DNA of 64,000 nt from IMG/VR virus record IMGVR_UViG_3300025012_000956, positions 1-64,000 of that record; one strand, given 5' to 3'. Below the pieces are notes generated by a model that saw only the letters and a list, made by a program, of their open reading frames with translations, ran no database searches and was not told the DNA's origin. Origin of the DNA: a virus. Both the position numbers and the translations under genes were made by a program. Positions 9,683 through 20,412 of the stretch are shown one piece after another; within the stretch, counting starts at the first letter, position 1; the number at the start of each line of letters is the position of its first letter.

Positions 9683-11023
9683 GTGGAAGTAGATAATCTT
9701 GCAAATTTTGGTCAATCATATCAATCGAAAACGATTTATTCTTTGCTTACTGATGGGCCATTTTTAGAACAGATAGAAGATGTTTTATTTACAGAATATT
9801 TTGAATCTGAAGCGAATCAATGGATTGTAAAAATAATCAAACAGCACTTTGAGGTGTTTAAAGTACCCCCTACTTTAGATGTATTTAAATGTGAACTAGA
9901 AAAAGAAACAAATGATTTATTTAAAGAAGAAATCATAAAGAGATTATCAGATGCGCTTGATTATAAAGATGCACAAGACCTGCAATATATAAAGGAAAAC
10001 TTTATTCAGTTCTGTATCAATCAGCACTACAAGATTACATTTTATCAATCCTTAGATGATTATAAAAAAGGAAATTATTCTGCGATTAGAAAAAGATTCG
10101 AAGATGCAGAAAAAGTAGGACAAAGTAGAGATTTAGGTCTTATGTTATTAGACAAAACAGCAGACACTGTAATGAATCAACTTAAGAGAAAAACTATATC
10201 AACTCCATGGGACATAATAAATGATATGACAGAAGGAGGCTTGGCACCTGGGGATTTATCAATAATAGTTGGAGGACCGGGAGCGGGAAAATCATGGTTT
10301 TTATGCAATGTTGGGTCGCATGGTTTAAAATTAGGATTAAACATAATCCATTATACATTAGAACTAGATGATATAATGATTGCAAGAAGATATTATTCTT
10401 TATTTACTGGTATACCGAGTATGGATTTAAAATATAGTTTAAGTGAAATAGATAGTAAAATTACTGTATATAAGAATAAAAATGCAACACTATGTATAAA
10501 GAAATACCCAACAAAACGTGCATCTATTAATACTCTAATTACACATGTTAAAAAATATAAATCCATGGGGTTAAACCCTGACTTAATTGTAGTAGATTAT
10601 GCTGATTTACTTAAGCCAGAAAAATTTTACAAAGACAAACGATTAGAATTAGGTAACATATATGAGGAACTAAGAGGAATGGCTGGTGAACTTCAGGTAC
10701 CAATTTGGACTGGAAGTCAGGCAAACCGTTGTCTATTTTTAGATACAAATGTTATAACATGTGATAAGGGTACTATAAAAATAGTAAATATTACTGTAGG
10801 AGATAAAATATTAACGCATGCTGGGTTTAAAAAAGTAACATTTATATATCCTATAGAAAAACAACCCGTTTATAAAATCAAAACAAAGGGAGGAAAAGAA
10901 ATTTTGGTTTCTGCTAAGCATTTATTTCCAGTTCAATACAATAAGTTCAAATCAATTGATAGTGGTCTAGTTCCAGGTGATAAATTATTTATTAAAAAGC
11001 AAAAATTGACACCTAGTTCATAA
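9683..11023 (+). CDS. replicative helicase (gp41/DnaB) N-fragment (349 aa) plus split-intein N-part (97 aa, 10730-11020)
   Basis: GGPGAGKS, YTLEL, VVDYADL, WTGSQANR|CLFLDT...SAKH. Confidence 0.92.
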   Translation: MEVDNLANFGQSYQSKTIYSLLTDGPFLEQIEDVLFTEYFESEANQWIVKIIKQHFEVFKVPPTLDVFKCELEKETNDLFKEEIIKRLSDALDYKDAQDLQYIKENFIQFCINQHYKITFYQSLDDYKKGNYSAIRKRFEDAEKVGQSRDLGLMLLDKTADTVMNQLKRKTISTPWDIINDMTEGGLAPGDLSIIVGGPGAGKSWFLCNVGSHGLKLGLNIIHYTLELDDIMIARRYYSLFTGIPSMDLKYSLSEIDSKITVYKNKNATLCIKKYPTKRASINTLITHVKKYKSMGLNPDLIVVDYADLLKPEKFYKDKRLELGNIYEELRGMAGELQVPIWTGSQANRCLFLDTNVITCDKGTIKIVNITVGDKILTHAGFKKVTFIYPIEKQPVYKIKTKGGKEILVSAKHLFPVQYNKFKSIDSGLVPGDKLFIKKQKLTPSS

Positions 11024-11070
11024 GAATTTTTTATTTTTCTATATATTATTATAATAAAATAGGAAAATAC

Positions 11071-12200
11071 ATGGAAACAATATCATTCGATGATTTTACA
11101 AAATTCAAAAACATTAAAACATATAGATTAACTAACAAACAAAAACAGCAACTGGTAGACATATTAAATTCATTTGATAAAAATATATATCATCAAATAG
11201 ATATATAATAGAAAACTTTATAAAGTATGATGTAGAATTTGATCCTACTTGGAAAAACAGGTTTATTAAAATTAAAAATATTTTAAAGCATGATTCTTGT
11301 TCACTAGATTCTTTCGTAACCAGATATGGAAAAAGCAATGGACATACATTGTGGTTAGAAAGAAGAAAAGGTATTAGTGTAACTAAAGAAAAATATGCAA
11401 AAAAGCACGGAATAGATAAAGCTAATGAATTATCACGTAAGAAGGCATGTATTGGTAAACATATAATGATAAATAAATATGGAATTGAAGAAGGAACAGA
11501 TAAATGGAATTCATATTTAAAAAAATGGAAACATAGTTATAAAGAAAATAAACAATATCATAAACCATCAAATACCAAATCTCTGAATTTTTGGGTAAAT
11601 AGATTAGGAAAAGAGGAAGGAACTAAAAAATACAATTTTATTATAGGAAAACAGAAGTATAGATTCTCTAAGCAATATTATATTGATACATACGGGAAAG
11701 AACAAGGAGAAATAGAGTGGCAAAATTATATAGCTTCAATGAATAAAACATCATTAACTTCTTTTATAAGTAGATATGGAGATAAAAAAGGAAACAAAAA
11801 ATTTAAAAAATACTTAGAAAAATTAAAAAGAAGCCATCGATCGACATATTATAGTAAAGTTTCTCAGGAACTATTTTGGTCAATTTATAATTTACTACCT
11901 CAAATCACCCAGCAATATTGTAGATTTGCTGAATTTGGTGGAGAAGAAAAAATATACTACATAAATGATTATGATATCTTTTATCCAGATTTTAAGTTGT
12001 GCAATGTTGTAATAGAATTTGATGGTGATTATTGGCACAGCAGAGAAACTACAATTATAGCAGATAAACTCAGAGAAGAAAAATTGATTAGCAAAGGATA
12101 TGAAGTATTGAGAATTAAAGAAAAAGATTATAGTTTAAACGAAGAATTAATACTTGATAATTGTATTGAATTTATAAAGGAAAATATAAATGAAACATAG
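11071..12200 (+). CDS. Vsr/DUF559-like (EDxHD-type) putative homing endonuclease, frameshifted near 11180
   Basis: ATG 11071 with RBS; the frame of 11349 is open from 11181; repeated xYGxxxG units; C-terminal YPDF...IEFDGDYWH...GYEVLRIKE. Confidence 0.75.
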
Positions 12201-12651
12201 GTTAAAGAAGGGGGACTTTATAATAGATGAAATAGAGTCTATAGAATTAGTAGGAGATTTGCCAACAATAGATATTGAAGTAGAAAAAACGCATATGTTT
12301 TTTGCAAATGATATATATGTGCATAATTCTGGTTCCTCAACAGAGTTTATTTCAGGAGAACAAATTGCAGAAGATTACAGTAAAATAATGACAGGAGATT
12401 TTATATTTTCTATTTCACGTAAAATAGAGGATGCAATGCATAAAACTGCTAGAATTTTTATAATAAAAAACAGATTTGGAGTTGATAAAATAATATGTCC
12501 TGCAAAATTTGATGTTTCAAATGGAAATTCTGTAATTCATGATCCATCATCTTTACTAGGCAAAGAAACTAAAGGTCAGATGAATAAAGATGATAATATA
12601 AAGAGTTTAATAAGAGAAAGATTGTTTTCTGACAAAAAAAGAAAAAAATAA
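12190..12651 (+). CDS. split-intein C-part (46 aa, 12190-12327) plus helicase C-fragment
   Basis: TIDIEVEKTHMFFANDIYVHN|SG; then IAEDYSK..TGDFI, IKNRFG. Confidence 0.92.
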   Translation: MKHRLKKGDFIIDEIESIELVGDLPTIDIEVEKTHMFFANDIYVHNSGSSTEFISGEQIAEDYSKIMTGDFIFSISRKIEDAMHKTARIFIIKNRFGVDKIICPAKFDVSNGNSVIHDPSSLLGKETKGQMNKDDNIKSLIRERLFSDKKRKK

Positions 12652-12800
12652 AAAATATTTTAAAATTTTTTAGTAAAAAAGAAATTCGACTACTAATTAT
12701 TATATGTGCACATAACGCGTTATTGAATCTAAAAATATATTAGATATCCTTATTAAAGGTACCCTTTAATAGCTAGCCATATTATAAATACTGTATTTAT

Positions 12801-12856
12801 ACTTTAAAACTTTAAAACTTTAAAACTTTAAAACTTTAAAACTTTAAAACTTTAAA
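12801..12856. repeat. perfect 8-bp tandem repeat (ACTTTAAA)x7
   Basis: Read directly; intergenic between helicase and nrdJ. Confidence 0.95.
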
Positions 12857-12917
12857 TCTATTTTAAATTAATTAATAACTTTTAAATTATAAATACCACC
12901 TAACTGGAGAAGTTTTA

Positions 12918-14234
12918 ATGATAAAGTTTGAAGATGTAAAAAATATTACCAATGAAGAATATTTCAATGGAAATCAATTTTCTATTGATGCTTATAATAA
13001 AAAATATGCAGCCTATCCAGAAGAAACTTACGTAAAAGCCCTCAAACGAGTATGTGATTTTGTAGCATCTGTTGAGGCTACAGAAGAACTTAAAAAATAT
13101 TGGAGTGAAAAATGGTTCGATGAAATTTATAATGATTGGTGGCATCCTGCTGGGAGTATAATGCAAGGAGCAGGTTCTGGTAGAAAAATTTCATTATCTA
13201 ATTGTACTACAATTTCAATGGGTGTCCTAGATGATAATAAGGAATGGGATAATTTAGAATCTATAATAAAAAATACAGGTTATACATTAGCAAAAGCTGC
13301 TGCATATCGTCAAGGATCAGGAATCGATGGTTCACGACTTCGTCCAGAAGGATCCTCAGTTTTAAATTCTGCTAATACTAGTACTGGAGTATTACACTGG
13401 CTACAGTGGTTAGATAGTATGGCATATTGTGTAGGGCAAAACGGACGCAGGCCGGCAATGCTTTTCTCATTATCTTGTTCCCACCCAGATATAGAAAAAT
13501 TTATAACTGTTAAATCTGATTACACTACAATTCAAAATGCTAACATTAGCGTTCAAATTACAAATAAATTTTACGAAGCAGCAGAAAAGAATGAAGATTG
13601 GGAATTATATTTTAAGGTATCTAAAACTAAAAAAGGTGACAAAATATATTTGGATATACATTCTATAGACATAGATTGTTTATGGGATAAAGAAGTTAAG
13701 TCTTGGTATAGAATTGCCACGCACGATAAAAAAGAACAGGTTATAAGAAAAACGGTTAATGCTAGAAAGCTTTTAGAATTGATTGCCGAAAATATGAGTA
13801 ACAATGCAGAACCAGGAATTCAAAATATTGACATAGCCAGAGAGTACTCAAACTCAGACGTTTTTTATGATCCAGAAAATAAAGAATTCGATCCTAGAAT
13901 TATTTCTACAAATGCCTGTTGTGTAGTAGAAGAAACGAAGGTGATGACTGACAAGGGATGGTTAACGATGGAACAGATTTATGATACAATGATTAATAAA
14001 AAAGAAACATTATTAGGAATGAGCTATAATATTAAAGAAAAATTATATGAGTTTAAACCTATATCAAATGTATATCAACATAGAAATGATGTTACTGTTA
14101 ATTTAGAAATAGAAGAAGAAGGAAAAATTTATAGAATAGAGTGCTCATCTGATCATCCTATATTAACAGAGAATAGAGGATTTGTAAAAGCTATTAGTTT
14201 GTCTAAAGATGATAACATAGTAATTTATAAATAA
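12918..14234 (+). CDS. nrdJ: class II (B12) ribonucleotide reductase N-fragment (334 aa) plus split-intein N-part (104 aa, 13920-14231)
   Basis: PAGSI, LSNC, LRPEG, QNGRRPA, NANISV, AEPG, STNAC|CVVEET...SSDH. Confidence 0.9.
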   Translation: MIKFEDVKNITNEEYFNGNQFSIDAYNKKYAAYPEETYVKALKRVCDFVASVEATEELKKYWSEKWFDEIYNDWWHPAGSIMQGAGSGRKISLSNCTTISMGVLDDNKEWDNLESIIKNTGYTLAKAAAYRQGSGIDGSRLRPEGSSVLNSANTSTGVLHWLQWLDSMAYCVGQNGRRPAMLFSLSCSHPDIEKFITVKSDYTTIQNANISVQITNKFYEAAEKNEDWELYFKVSKTKKGDKIYLDIHSIDIDCLWDKEVKSWYRIATHDKKEQVIRKTVNARKLLELIAENMSNNAEPGIQNIDIAREYSNSDVFYDPENKEFDPRIISTNACCVVEETKVMTDKGWLTMEQIYDTMINKKETLLGMSYNIKEKLYEFKPISNVYQHRNDVTVNLEIEEEGKIYRIECSSDHPILTENRGFVKAISLSKDDNIVIYK

Positions 14235-14259
14235 AATACTGTTCATTTATTATAGACTT

Positions 14260-14270
14260 CTATATTTATA
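14260..14270 (+). promoter_or_regulatory. recurrent CTATATTTAT motif, putative phage promoter
   Basis: Also at 17027, 43797, 47429, 53539; variants at 1256, 5534, 11039, 19351, 19420, 24887, 63218; intergenic, mostly shortly upstream of an ATG. Confidence 0.6.
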
Positions 14271-14298
14271 ATAAACAATACTTAATAGGAGATTTATT

Positions 14299-15315
14299 AT
14301 GAATAATTGTATAAGGATGAAAGGTAGAATAAAAAGAGGAAACTATAGTTTAGGAAGAGGATATAGTGGTTGGTATACCACTAAATATAATAAAAATGTG
14401 TTCTTACGATCTTTACAAGAATTTGTTTTCGCTAAAGAATTAGATTTTAATAAAATTCCTTTCTTAACAGAACAAACAATATTTAGGATTAACAAAGAAA
14501 ATTATAAACCAGATTTTTTTATATATTCAGATAATATATTTAAAAACTTGATAAAAATAATAGAGTTAAAAAACTCTGAAGATGATTTTAAAAGATATTT
14601 AGATTATATTCCGTATTTTAAGAATATAAACGTAGAGTATGAATTAATAACAGGAAAGGATTTAAGAAAAAATTATATATTCTGTTCAGTTGATGATATG
14701 AATGTGTGGAGGCAGAGTAGTATAAATTCAAGTATCATACTTTCTGGTATACATAATCCAATGTATGGAATGCACCATACAGAAGAAACAAAGAACAAAA
14801 TAGGAAATAAAACTAGAGAATATATGAAGGACCCCACCACAAAAAGAAAACATTCAGAAAATATAAAGGCATTTTGGAATAGTAGTAAATCAGATCATGT
14901 AAAGAAAAAATATAGAAAATTAAGAAAGATAGAAAAAATAAAAAGATTAGAATTAAAAAACATATTAGATCCTATTATAAATTGTAATTGTATTATATGT
15001 GAATCAAAGTTTAAAAAAAGAAAATCATCTAAGAGATTAACATGTTCTGGAAGTTGTGAACAAAAATATACATGGAGAATAGGTAAAAGAAAGTATGTCG
15101 ATTATGCGGATATTGCAAAAAAAACATATAGAAAACGAATACTGGGTTATATGAAAATAATGAATGAAGATATAAATTTGAATAGTATGAGTACGTTGAT
15201 AGATAAGTATAAAAATAATAAATTAATTCCAAATACCTTTGGGTTGAATATTAATATTATTAATAAATATTTTGGAAACTTGGACAATCTGAAACTGGAG
15301 ATAAATAATGGGTAA
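14299..15315 (+). CDS. putative homing endonuclease (TnsA-N-like PD-(D/E)XK plus NUMOD3 plus Cys cluster)
   Basis: GRGYSG, LRSLQE, YKPDFFI, IELK; HNPMYGMHHTEETK. Confidence 0.8.
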   Translation: MNNCIRMKGRIKRGNYSLGRGYSGWYTTKYNKNVFLRSLQEFVFAKELDFNKIPFLTEQTIFRINKENYKPDFFIYSDNIFKNLIKIIELKNSEDDFKRYLDYIPYFKNINVEYELITGKDLRKNYIFCSVDDMNVWRQSSINSSIILSGIHNPMYGMHHTEETKNKIGNKTREYMKDPTTKRKHSENIKAFWNSSKSDHVKKKYRKLRKIEKIKRLELKNILDPIINCNCIICESKFKKRKSSKRLTCSGSCEQKYTWRIGKRKYVDYADIAKKTYRKRILGYMKIMNEDINLNSMSTLIDKYKNNKLIPNTFGLNINIINKYFGNLDNLKLEINNG

Positions 15316-17014
15316 ACTATTATCTATAGAAATATGTGATAAAATAAAAAGGTTATATGATATAGAGATCAAAGACAATAATAATTTTATTGTTAATGAT
15401 GGAATAGTCATACACAATTCTGAACAATACCTAAACCGAGACGGAGGATGTTTCTTAGCGTCAATAAATATGGAGAAATTCGAAACAAATTCATCAACAT
15501 ATAGACCTCAGTTAATTTTAATAGGAGAATCTATAAATAGATTTTTAGATAATGTTGTTTCATGTGAATTGGTTTATCATACTTATGCAACTCCTCATCA
15601 AAGACTTTCAAATGAAATGCTAAGAAGAACAGGTGCAGGGGTTACAAATATCGGTGGGTGGTTATTTAAATTAAATTTGGAATACGGAAGTAAGATAGCA
15701 AATGAAAAAGTAGAGGAATTTTTAGATGTTTATAATTTTAGCTTATACTTATCTACTGTTAATTTAGGTAAGGAAAAAGGAAATTTTAAATTATTTGATA
15801 AAGAAAAAATACTTAAATCTAAATTTATAAAACAACTTATTAAGAGATGGCCAGAATTAACATTTAATACTATGAGAAATGTTACTGTTTCCACCATAGC
15901 TCCATGTGGCACTCTAAGTCTTATGTTCAGACATATGGGTATGGGTTATGGAGTCGAGCCATCATTTGGAATATATTATTGGAAGAGAACAAGAATAAGT
16001 GGTAAATATGAATATTATTTCATAGTTCCTTATATTGTGAGAGAAGCATTTGACACAGCAGGAATTCCTATTCCAATGAAATCAGACACTATTAAAGATA
16101 CGTGGGATGGAAAATATGGTATACCAATAGCACAATTCATAGATGAAAATAAATCTAAATTAGACATACATTTTAAATCTGCAACTGAAATAAATCCATT
16201 AAATAAATTAGATTTAATGATTAGAGCAATGAAGTCAGTTGATTCTTCTATCTCAGTAACATACATGTTACCGGAGAGTAGCAACCCTAAAGATGTATAT
16301 GAGTTTATATTAAAAGCACATGAAGGTGGAGTAAAATCTATTGCTGCATTTCCTGATAGAAAAATGTATGGGATTATTTCTTATGTTCCATTTAAAGAAT
16401 TAGCGAATAAATTATTATCAGAAAATACCATTATAACACCACAGAACTTTACTGAAGGGGAATTGCAAGAATTGAACATGTCATTAGATTTTATTAAAGC
16501 TAGTTCAGCTCCGAAGAGGCTTAAAAAATTACCAGCAGATATTTATAATATTACAGTTAAAACTGAAAAATTTATTGTTGCTATTGGTTTATTAAATGGA
16601 GCCCCATATGAAATTTTTTGCGGTAAAATGAATGGATTAAATTTTAAATTTGTTCATAAGAAAGGTATAATTGAAAAGGTTAAACGCGGTCAATATAAAT
16701 TAGATATAGGTGAAGATATTTCAGTAGAAGATTTCTCCGGATATTTTAAACCTGTAGAAGCAGAATTGTTTAGGATGGTTTCTACTGCGCTTAGACACGG
16801 CGTACCCATTAGATTTTTGGTAGAACAATTAAGTAAATCTGCAGAAGATTTACAATCATTAACAATTGCAGCTGCTCGCGTATTGAAGAAATATATAAAG
16901 GCAGGAGAAGTAACTGGAATTCAATGTCCTCAGTGTTGTTCTTCTGTTATATATGACGAAACAGGGTGTACTACATGTACAAACTTACAATGTGGATGGG
17001 CTAAATGTTTTTAA
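15308..17014 (+). CDS. nrdJ: split-intein C-part (37 aa, 15308-15418) plus NrdJ C-fragment
   Basis: LYDIEIKDNNNFIVNDGIVIHN|SEQYL; CFLASIN, RRTGAG, TIAPCGT, GVEP, DSSISVT; TSCPD-type tail with Zn ribbon. Confidence 0.9.
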   Translation: MGKLLSIEICDKIKRLYDIEIKDNNNFIVNDGIVIHNSEQYLNRDGGCFLASINMEKFETNSSTYRPQLILIGESINRFLDNVVSCELVYHTYATPHQRLSNEMLRRTGAGVTNIGGWLFKLNLEYGSKIANEKVEEFLDVYNFSLYLSTVNLGKEKGNFKLFDKEKILKSKFIKQLIKRWPELTFNTMRNVTVSTIAPCGTLSLMFRHMGMGYGVEPSFGIYYWKRTRISGKYEYYFIVPYIVREAFDTAGIPIPMKSDTIKDTWDGKYGIPIAQFIDENKSKLDIHFKSATEINPLNKLDLMIRAMKSVDSSISVTYMLPESSNPKDVYEFILKAHEGGVKSIAAFPDRKMYGIISYVPFKELANKLLSENTIITPQNFTEGELQELNMSLDFIKASSAPKRLKKLPADIYNITVKTEKFIVAIGLLNGAPYEIFCGKMNGLNFKFVHKKGIIEKVKRGQYKLDIGEDISVEDFSGYFKPVEAELFRMVSTALRHGVPIRFLVEQLSKSAEDLQSLTIAAARVLKKYIKAGEVTGIQCPQCCSSVIYDETGCTTCTNLQCGWAKCF

Positions 17015-17081
17015 ATTTTAGAATTTCTATATTTATAATAAAAACTGTTAACTTTAAATTGAAAAAAGGATATATTATAAT

Positions 17082-17669
17082 ATGAAAAATAAGAAGATAT
17101 TAGACTCAGGTTTTTCTGTTTATTTTAAAACTCTTAAACATAAAATAGAACCTAAAAAACTAATAAAATTAGTAAAATTAGATGAAGCAGAAAGTGTTTC
17201 AAAAGGTGGTCCCCTGATTTCTAAGAAAACTAGAGCATTTTATCATTGGTCATATCAAATAAAACCTGCAATATTTGATATCGACTTTAAATATAATGTG
17301 GTCTTCGATCTAAATAAAATAAAATTAGATTATACAGATCCTGACAATCCTAAAAAGGCAGATTTTAATTCGTTTTATACTGAACATATTCAGCCTATGT
17401 TTTCAGAAAGAGGAATTTGGATAAAAGGTAAGAGTATAGCAGTAGATAATTTTAAAGTTGATTATATTACCTATCTTTCAGATACAACAGATAAGGCATT
17501 GAATCCAAATAGAAAAAATAAATATACGTTTTCCCATACATTTACAATCGAAGCATTAGATAATAAGGATTATAATAAAAAGGATATCCAAAAAATTGCT
17601 CAAGAATTTGTAAATAAAATTGAGAATCAATTGTATCAAGACACAGAGTATTATAAGATTACAAAATAA
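17082..17669 (+). CDS. hypothetical protein
   Basis: 195-aa ORF preceded by CTATATTTATA motif and RBS. Confidence 0.65.
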   Translation: MKNKKILDSGFSVYFKTLKHKIEPKKLIKLVKLDEAESVSKGGPLISKKTRAFYHWSYQIKPAIFDIDFKYNVVFDLNKIKLDYTDPDNPKKADFNSFYTEHIQPMFSERGIWIKGKSIAVDNFKVDYITYLSDTTDKALNPNRKNKYTFSHTFTIEALDNKDYNKKDIQKIAQEFVNKIENQLYQDTEYYKITK

Positions 17670-17731
17670 GGAACTAAAATGGTTATATTATATCCTATTA
17701 GAAAAATAGAACTACTGAGTGAATAGAGTTT

Positions 17732-19333
17732 ATGGTTACTACAAAAGACTGGAAACAATATTTTCCATATCCTGAGATAAGGCCAATTCAAGAAAAGTCA
17801 ATTAATTTAATTTTAAATTCTTTTGTTAATTCCAACATAAGGTACTTTCTTTTAAATGGACCTCCTGGTTCAGGAAAATCCGCGATTGCAATAACAATAT
17901 CCAAATATTTTGAAAATATAGGTGTGTCTAATTCTATTTTTAATAAAACATCTTGGATACTGACAACACAAAAAATTTTACAACAGCAGTATCAAAAAGA
18001 TTTTAGTTGGTTACCAAGTGTTTGGTCTAAAAGTAATTATGAGTGTGTTAAAAGAGTTGGAGTATCTTGTCAGTTAGGTCTTTGGATGAATTCAATATTT
18101 AAAGGTACATATTGTAATTGTGTATATCTAAAAGATAAAAAAAAATTCTTAGAAGGTAATATATCACTAACTAATATTTCATTTTTTATAAATCACGTAG
18201 AATATGGACATGGAGAAATATCACAGAGAAAATTGTTAATTGTAGATGAATGTCACGTAGTAGATGAAAGCATTACCAACTTCGTTTCAATAAAGCTTAA
18301 TAAATATATAATATTAGATTATGGTATACTATGGGTCGGCACTTCTAAAAGCATTCAGGAAGTAGTATTGTGGATAAAAACAGAACTGCTACCTCCTTTA
18401 ACAATTTTAAAGAATAAAATATCAAATGATATAAAAGCATCTGATAAGAATACAATCTTAGGTACTCCAGAGGGTAGAAATTTAGTTAAGAGATTTGATG
18501 ATATAGATAGATATATGTGTCAACTTAATAGGTGTGTAGAAAGATTTAATAAAGATGAATGGGTAATGAGTATAAATTCTGCTTATGATGAAATATCTCT
18601 GAAGCCTATATTCTCTTCTAGATATTCTTATAATCAATTATTTTGTATGGGTGAAAAAATACTATTAATGAGCGGAACTCTTTTAGATAAAGAAACATTC
18701 TGTAGGAATGTTGGAATTCCAGAACACAATGCAGAATTTGTTTCACTGGAATCTCCATTTGAACTGAAAAATAGACCTATATTTTATATTAATGTAGGTT
18801 CAATGAGTTATAAAAATATAGATGAGACATTGCCAAAGATGGTAGTTGTTATAAAAGATATAATTTTTTCAGAAGATCATAAAAGAGATAAAGGAATAAT
18901 TTTTTCCCATACCTATAAAAATGCAAAATATATATATGATCACATTAAAACTAAAAGATTTCTATTACATGATTCTTCTAATAGAATGGAAGTTTATAAT
19001 TTTCATTTAAATTCTAAAGAACCTACTATATTGCTTTCCCCTTCCCTGACAGAAGGAATTGATCTATTTGATAATCTATCTAGGTTTCAAATAATAGTGA
19101 AAGTACCATTTCCATATTTAGGAGATAAGTTTGTAATAGAGAAGATGAAACGAATTAAGAATTGGTATAATTGGGAAACAATAAAAACTATAATACAGGC
19201 ATCCGGACGCTCAATAAGAAATGTAGATGATTATTCCATAACATATATCCTGGATAAAGATTTTGAATTTTTTTATAAAAATAATATTTCTATGTTTCCA
19301 GTTTGGTGGAGAAATTCTGTTCAATCTGTTTAA
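17732..19333 (+). CDS. DinG/XPD-like SF2 helicase
   Basis: Q motif RPIQ, GPPGSGKS, Cys cluster, VDECH, MSGT, EGIDL, QASGRSIR...D. Confidence 0.88.
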   Translation: MVTTKDWKQYFPYPEIRPIQEKSINLILNSFVNSNIRYFLLNGPPGSGKSAIAITISKYFENIGVSNSIFNKTSWILTTQKILQQQYQKDFSWLPSVWSKSNYECVKRVGVSCQLGLWMNSIFKGTYCNCVYLKDKKKFLEGNISLTNISFFINHVEYGHGEISQRKLLIVDECHVVDESITNFVSIKLNKYIILDYGILWVGTSKSIQEVVLWIKTELLPPLTILKNKISNDIKASDKNTILGTPEGRNLVKRFDDIDRYMCQLNRCVERFNKDEWVMSINSAYDEISLKPIFSSRYSYNQLFCMGEKILLMSGTLLDKETFCRNVGIPEHNAEFVSLESPFELKNRPIFYINVGSMSYKNIDETLPKMVVVIKDIIFSEDHKRDKGIIFSHTYKNAKYIYDHIKTKRFLLHDSSNRMEVYNFHLNSKEPTILLSPSLTEGIDLFDNLSRFQIIVKVPFPYLGDKFVIEKMKRIKNWYNWETIKTIIQASGRSIRNVDDYSITYILDKDFEFFYKNNISMFPVWWRNSVQSV

Positions 19334-19442
19334 CTTCATAGAAATTCATTTTATATTTATTAATAACAAACCTCACTAAAATAAAAGTTATAAATAAAGT
19401 GTATTTTTTTACACTTTTCCTATATATTATAAAGAACATATT

Positions 19443-19604
19443 ATGAAAACAATTAAAATTGATGATCTATCTTATGAAATACTGAAGAAATACTGTAATA
19501 AGATTGGATTAAAAATAACTAGATTTGTTTCTAATATGATTGTGGAATATATAGAGAAAAAAGATGGAATTAAAATTAATAAGAAAATGTCCGAATCCAA
19601 ATAA
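19443..19604 (+). CDS. small ribbon-helix-helix-like protein (53 aa; below the ORF-track cutoff)
   Basis: MKTIKIDDLSYEILKKYCNKIGLKITRFVSNMIVEYI; paralogues at 43811 and 53565. Confidence 0.7.
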   Translation: MKTIKIDDLSYEILKKYCNKIGLKITRFVSNMIVEYIEKKDGIKINKKMSESK

Positions 19605-20412
19605 TAATCCTAGATGTAAATGTATATTAAATTATACAACTAAAAAGGGATATCTAGGTGCTTTACGTAGAAATACTATGTGTAAAAGTTGTTCAATGAG
19701 TAAATCTCCCAATAAATTAGTCTATGAAAGAATATGTCCTAATCCTAAAGATAATCCAGGTTGTAGAGTAAATTTAAAATATAAAAGTAAACAAAAATAT
19801 TATATAGCATTAGAAAAAAATTCTACATGTCATAGTTGTTGTTCCTATAGTAATGCATATAATATCTGTAGAAAATGTTCAAATGAAACGAAGAAAAAAT
19901 TATCTATTATATTTAAAGGTAGAAAATTTACTGATGAGTGGAAAAATAATATTAGAATTGCAAGATTAAAGATGATCGAGTCTGGAAAAAACTTTGGAAT
20001 GTATGGAAGTAGTATGTATGATAGTTGGTTAATTAAATATGGTAAAGAGGAAGCAGATAAAAAACAGATAGAAAAAATAAAGAAAATCAGATTAAAACTT
20101 CACACGAGATTGAAGGATAAATTTAATTGTATTAGTCCAGCATTCTTTAATCCAGAAGCATGCAAAATAATAGATGAATATGGTAAAACTAACGGCTATT
20201 CATTCCAACATGCTCTAAACGGTGGAGAATTTTATATTAAAGAATTGGGTTATTGGGTAGATGGGTATGATAAAGATAAAAACGTTGTTATAGAAATTGA
20301 TGAAAAGCATCATTTTGATAAAAATGGAAATTTAAGAGAATCTGATAGTAATAGACAGGCCGAAATAGAAAATTTACTATGTTGTAAAAAATTCATTAGA
20401 GTAAAAATTTAA
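19564..20412 (+). CDS. Zn-finger/NUMOD3/Vsr-like putative homing endonuclease
   Basis: Two RxCPNPxxNPxC...CxSC repeats; NPEACKIIDEYGK...HALNGGEF...YWVDGYD...IEIDEKHH. Confidence 0.8.
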   Translation: MELKLIRKCPNPNNNPRCKCILNYTTKKGYLGALRRNTMCKSCSMSKSPNKLVYERICPNPKDNPGCRVNLKYKSKQKYYIALEKNSTCHSCCSYSNAYNICRKCSNETKKKLSIIFKGRKFTDEWKNNIRIARLKMIESGKNFGMYGSSMYDSWLIKYGKEEADKKQIEKIKKIRLKLHTRLKDKFNCISPAFFNPEACKIIDEYGKTNGYSFQHALNGGEFYIKELGYWVDGYDKDKNVVIEIDEKHHFDKNGNLRESDSNRQAEIENLLCCKKFIRVKI

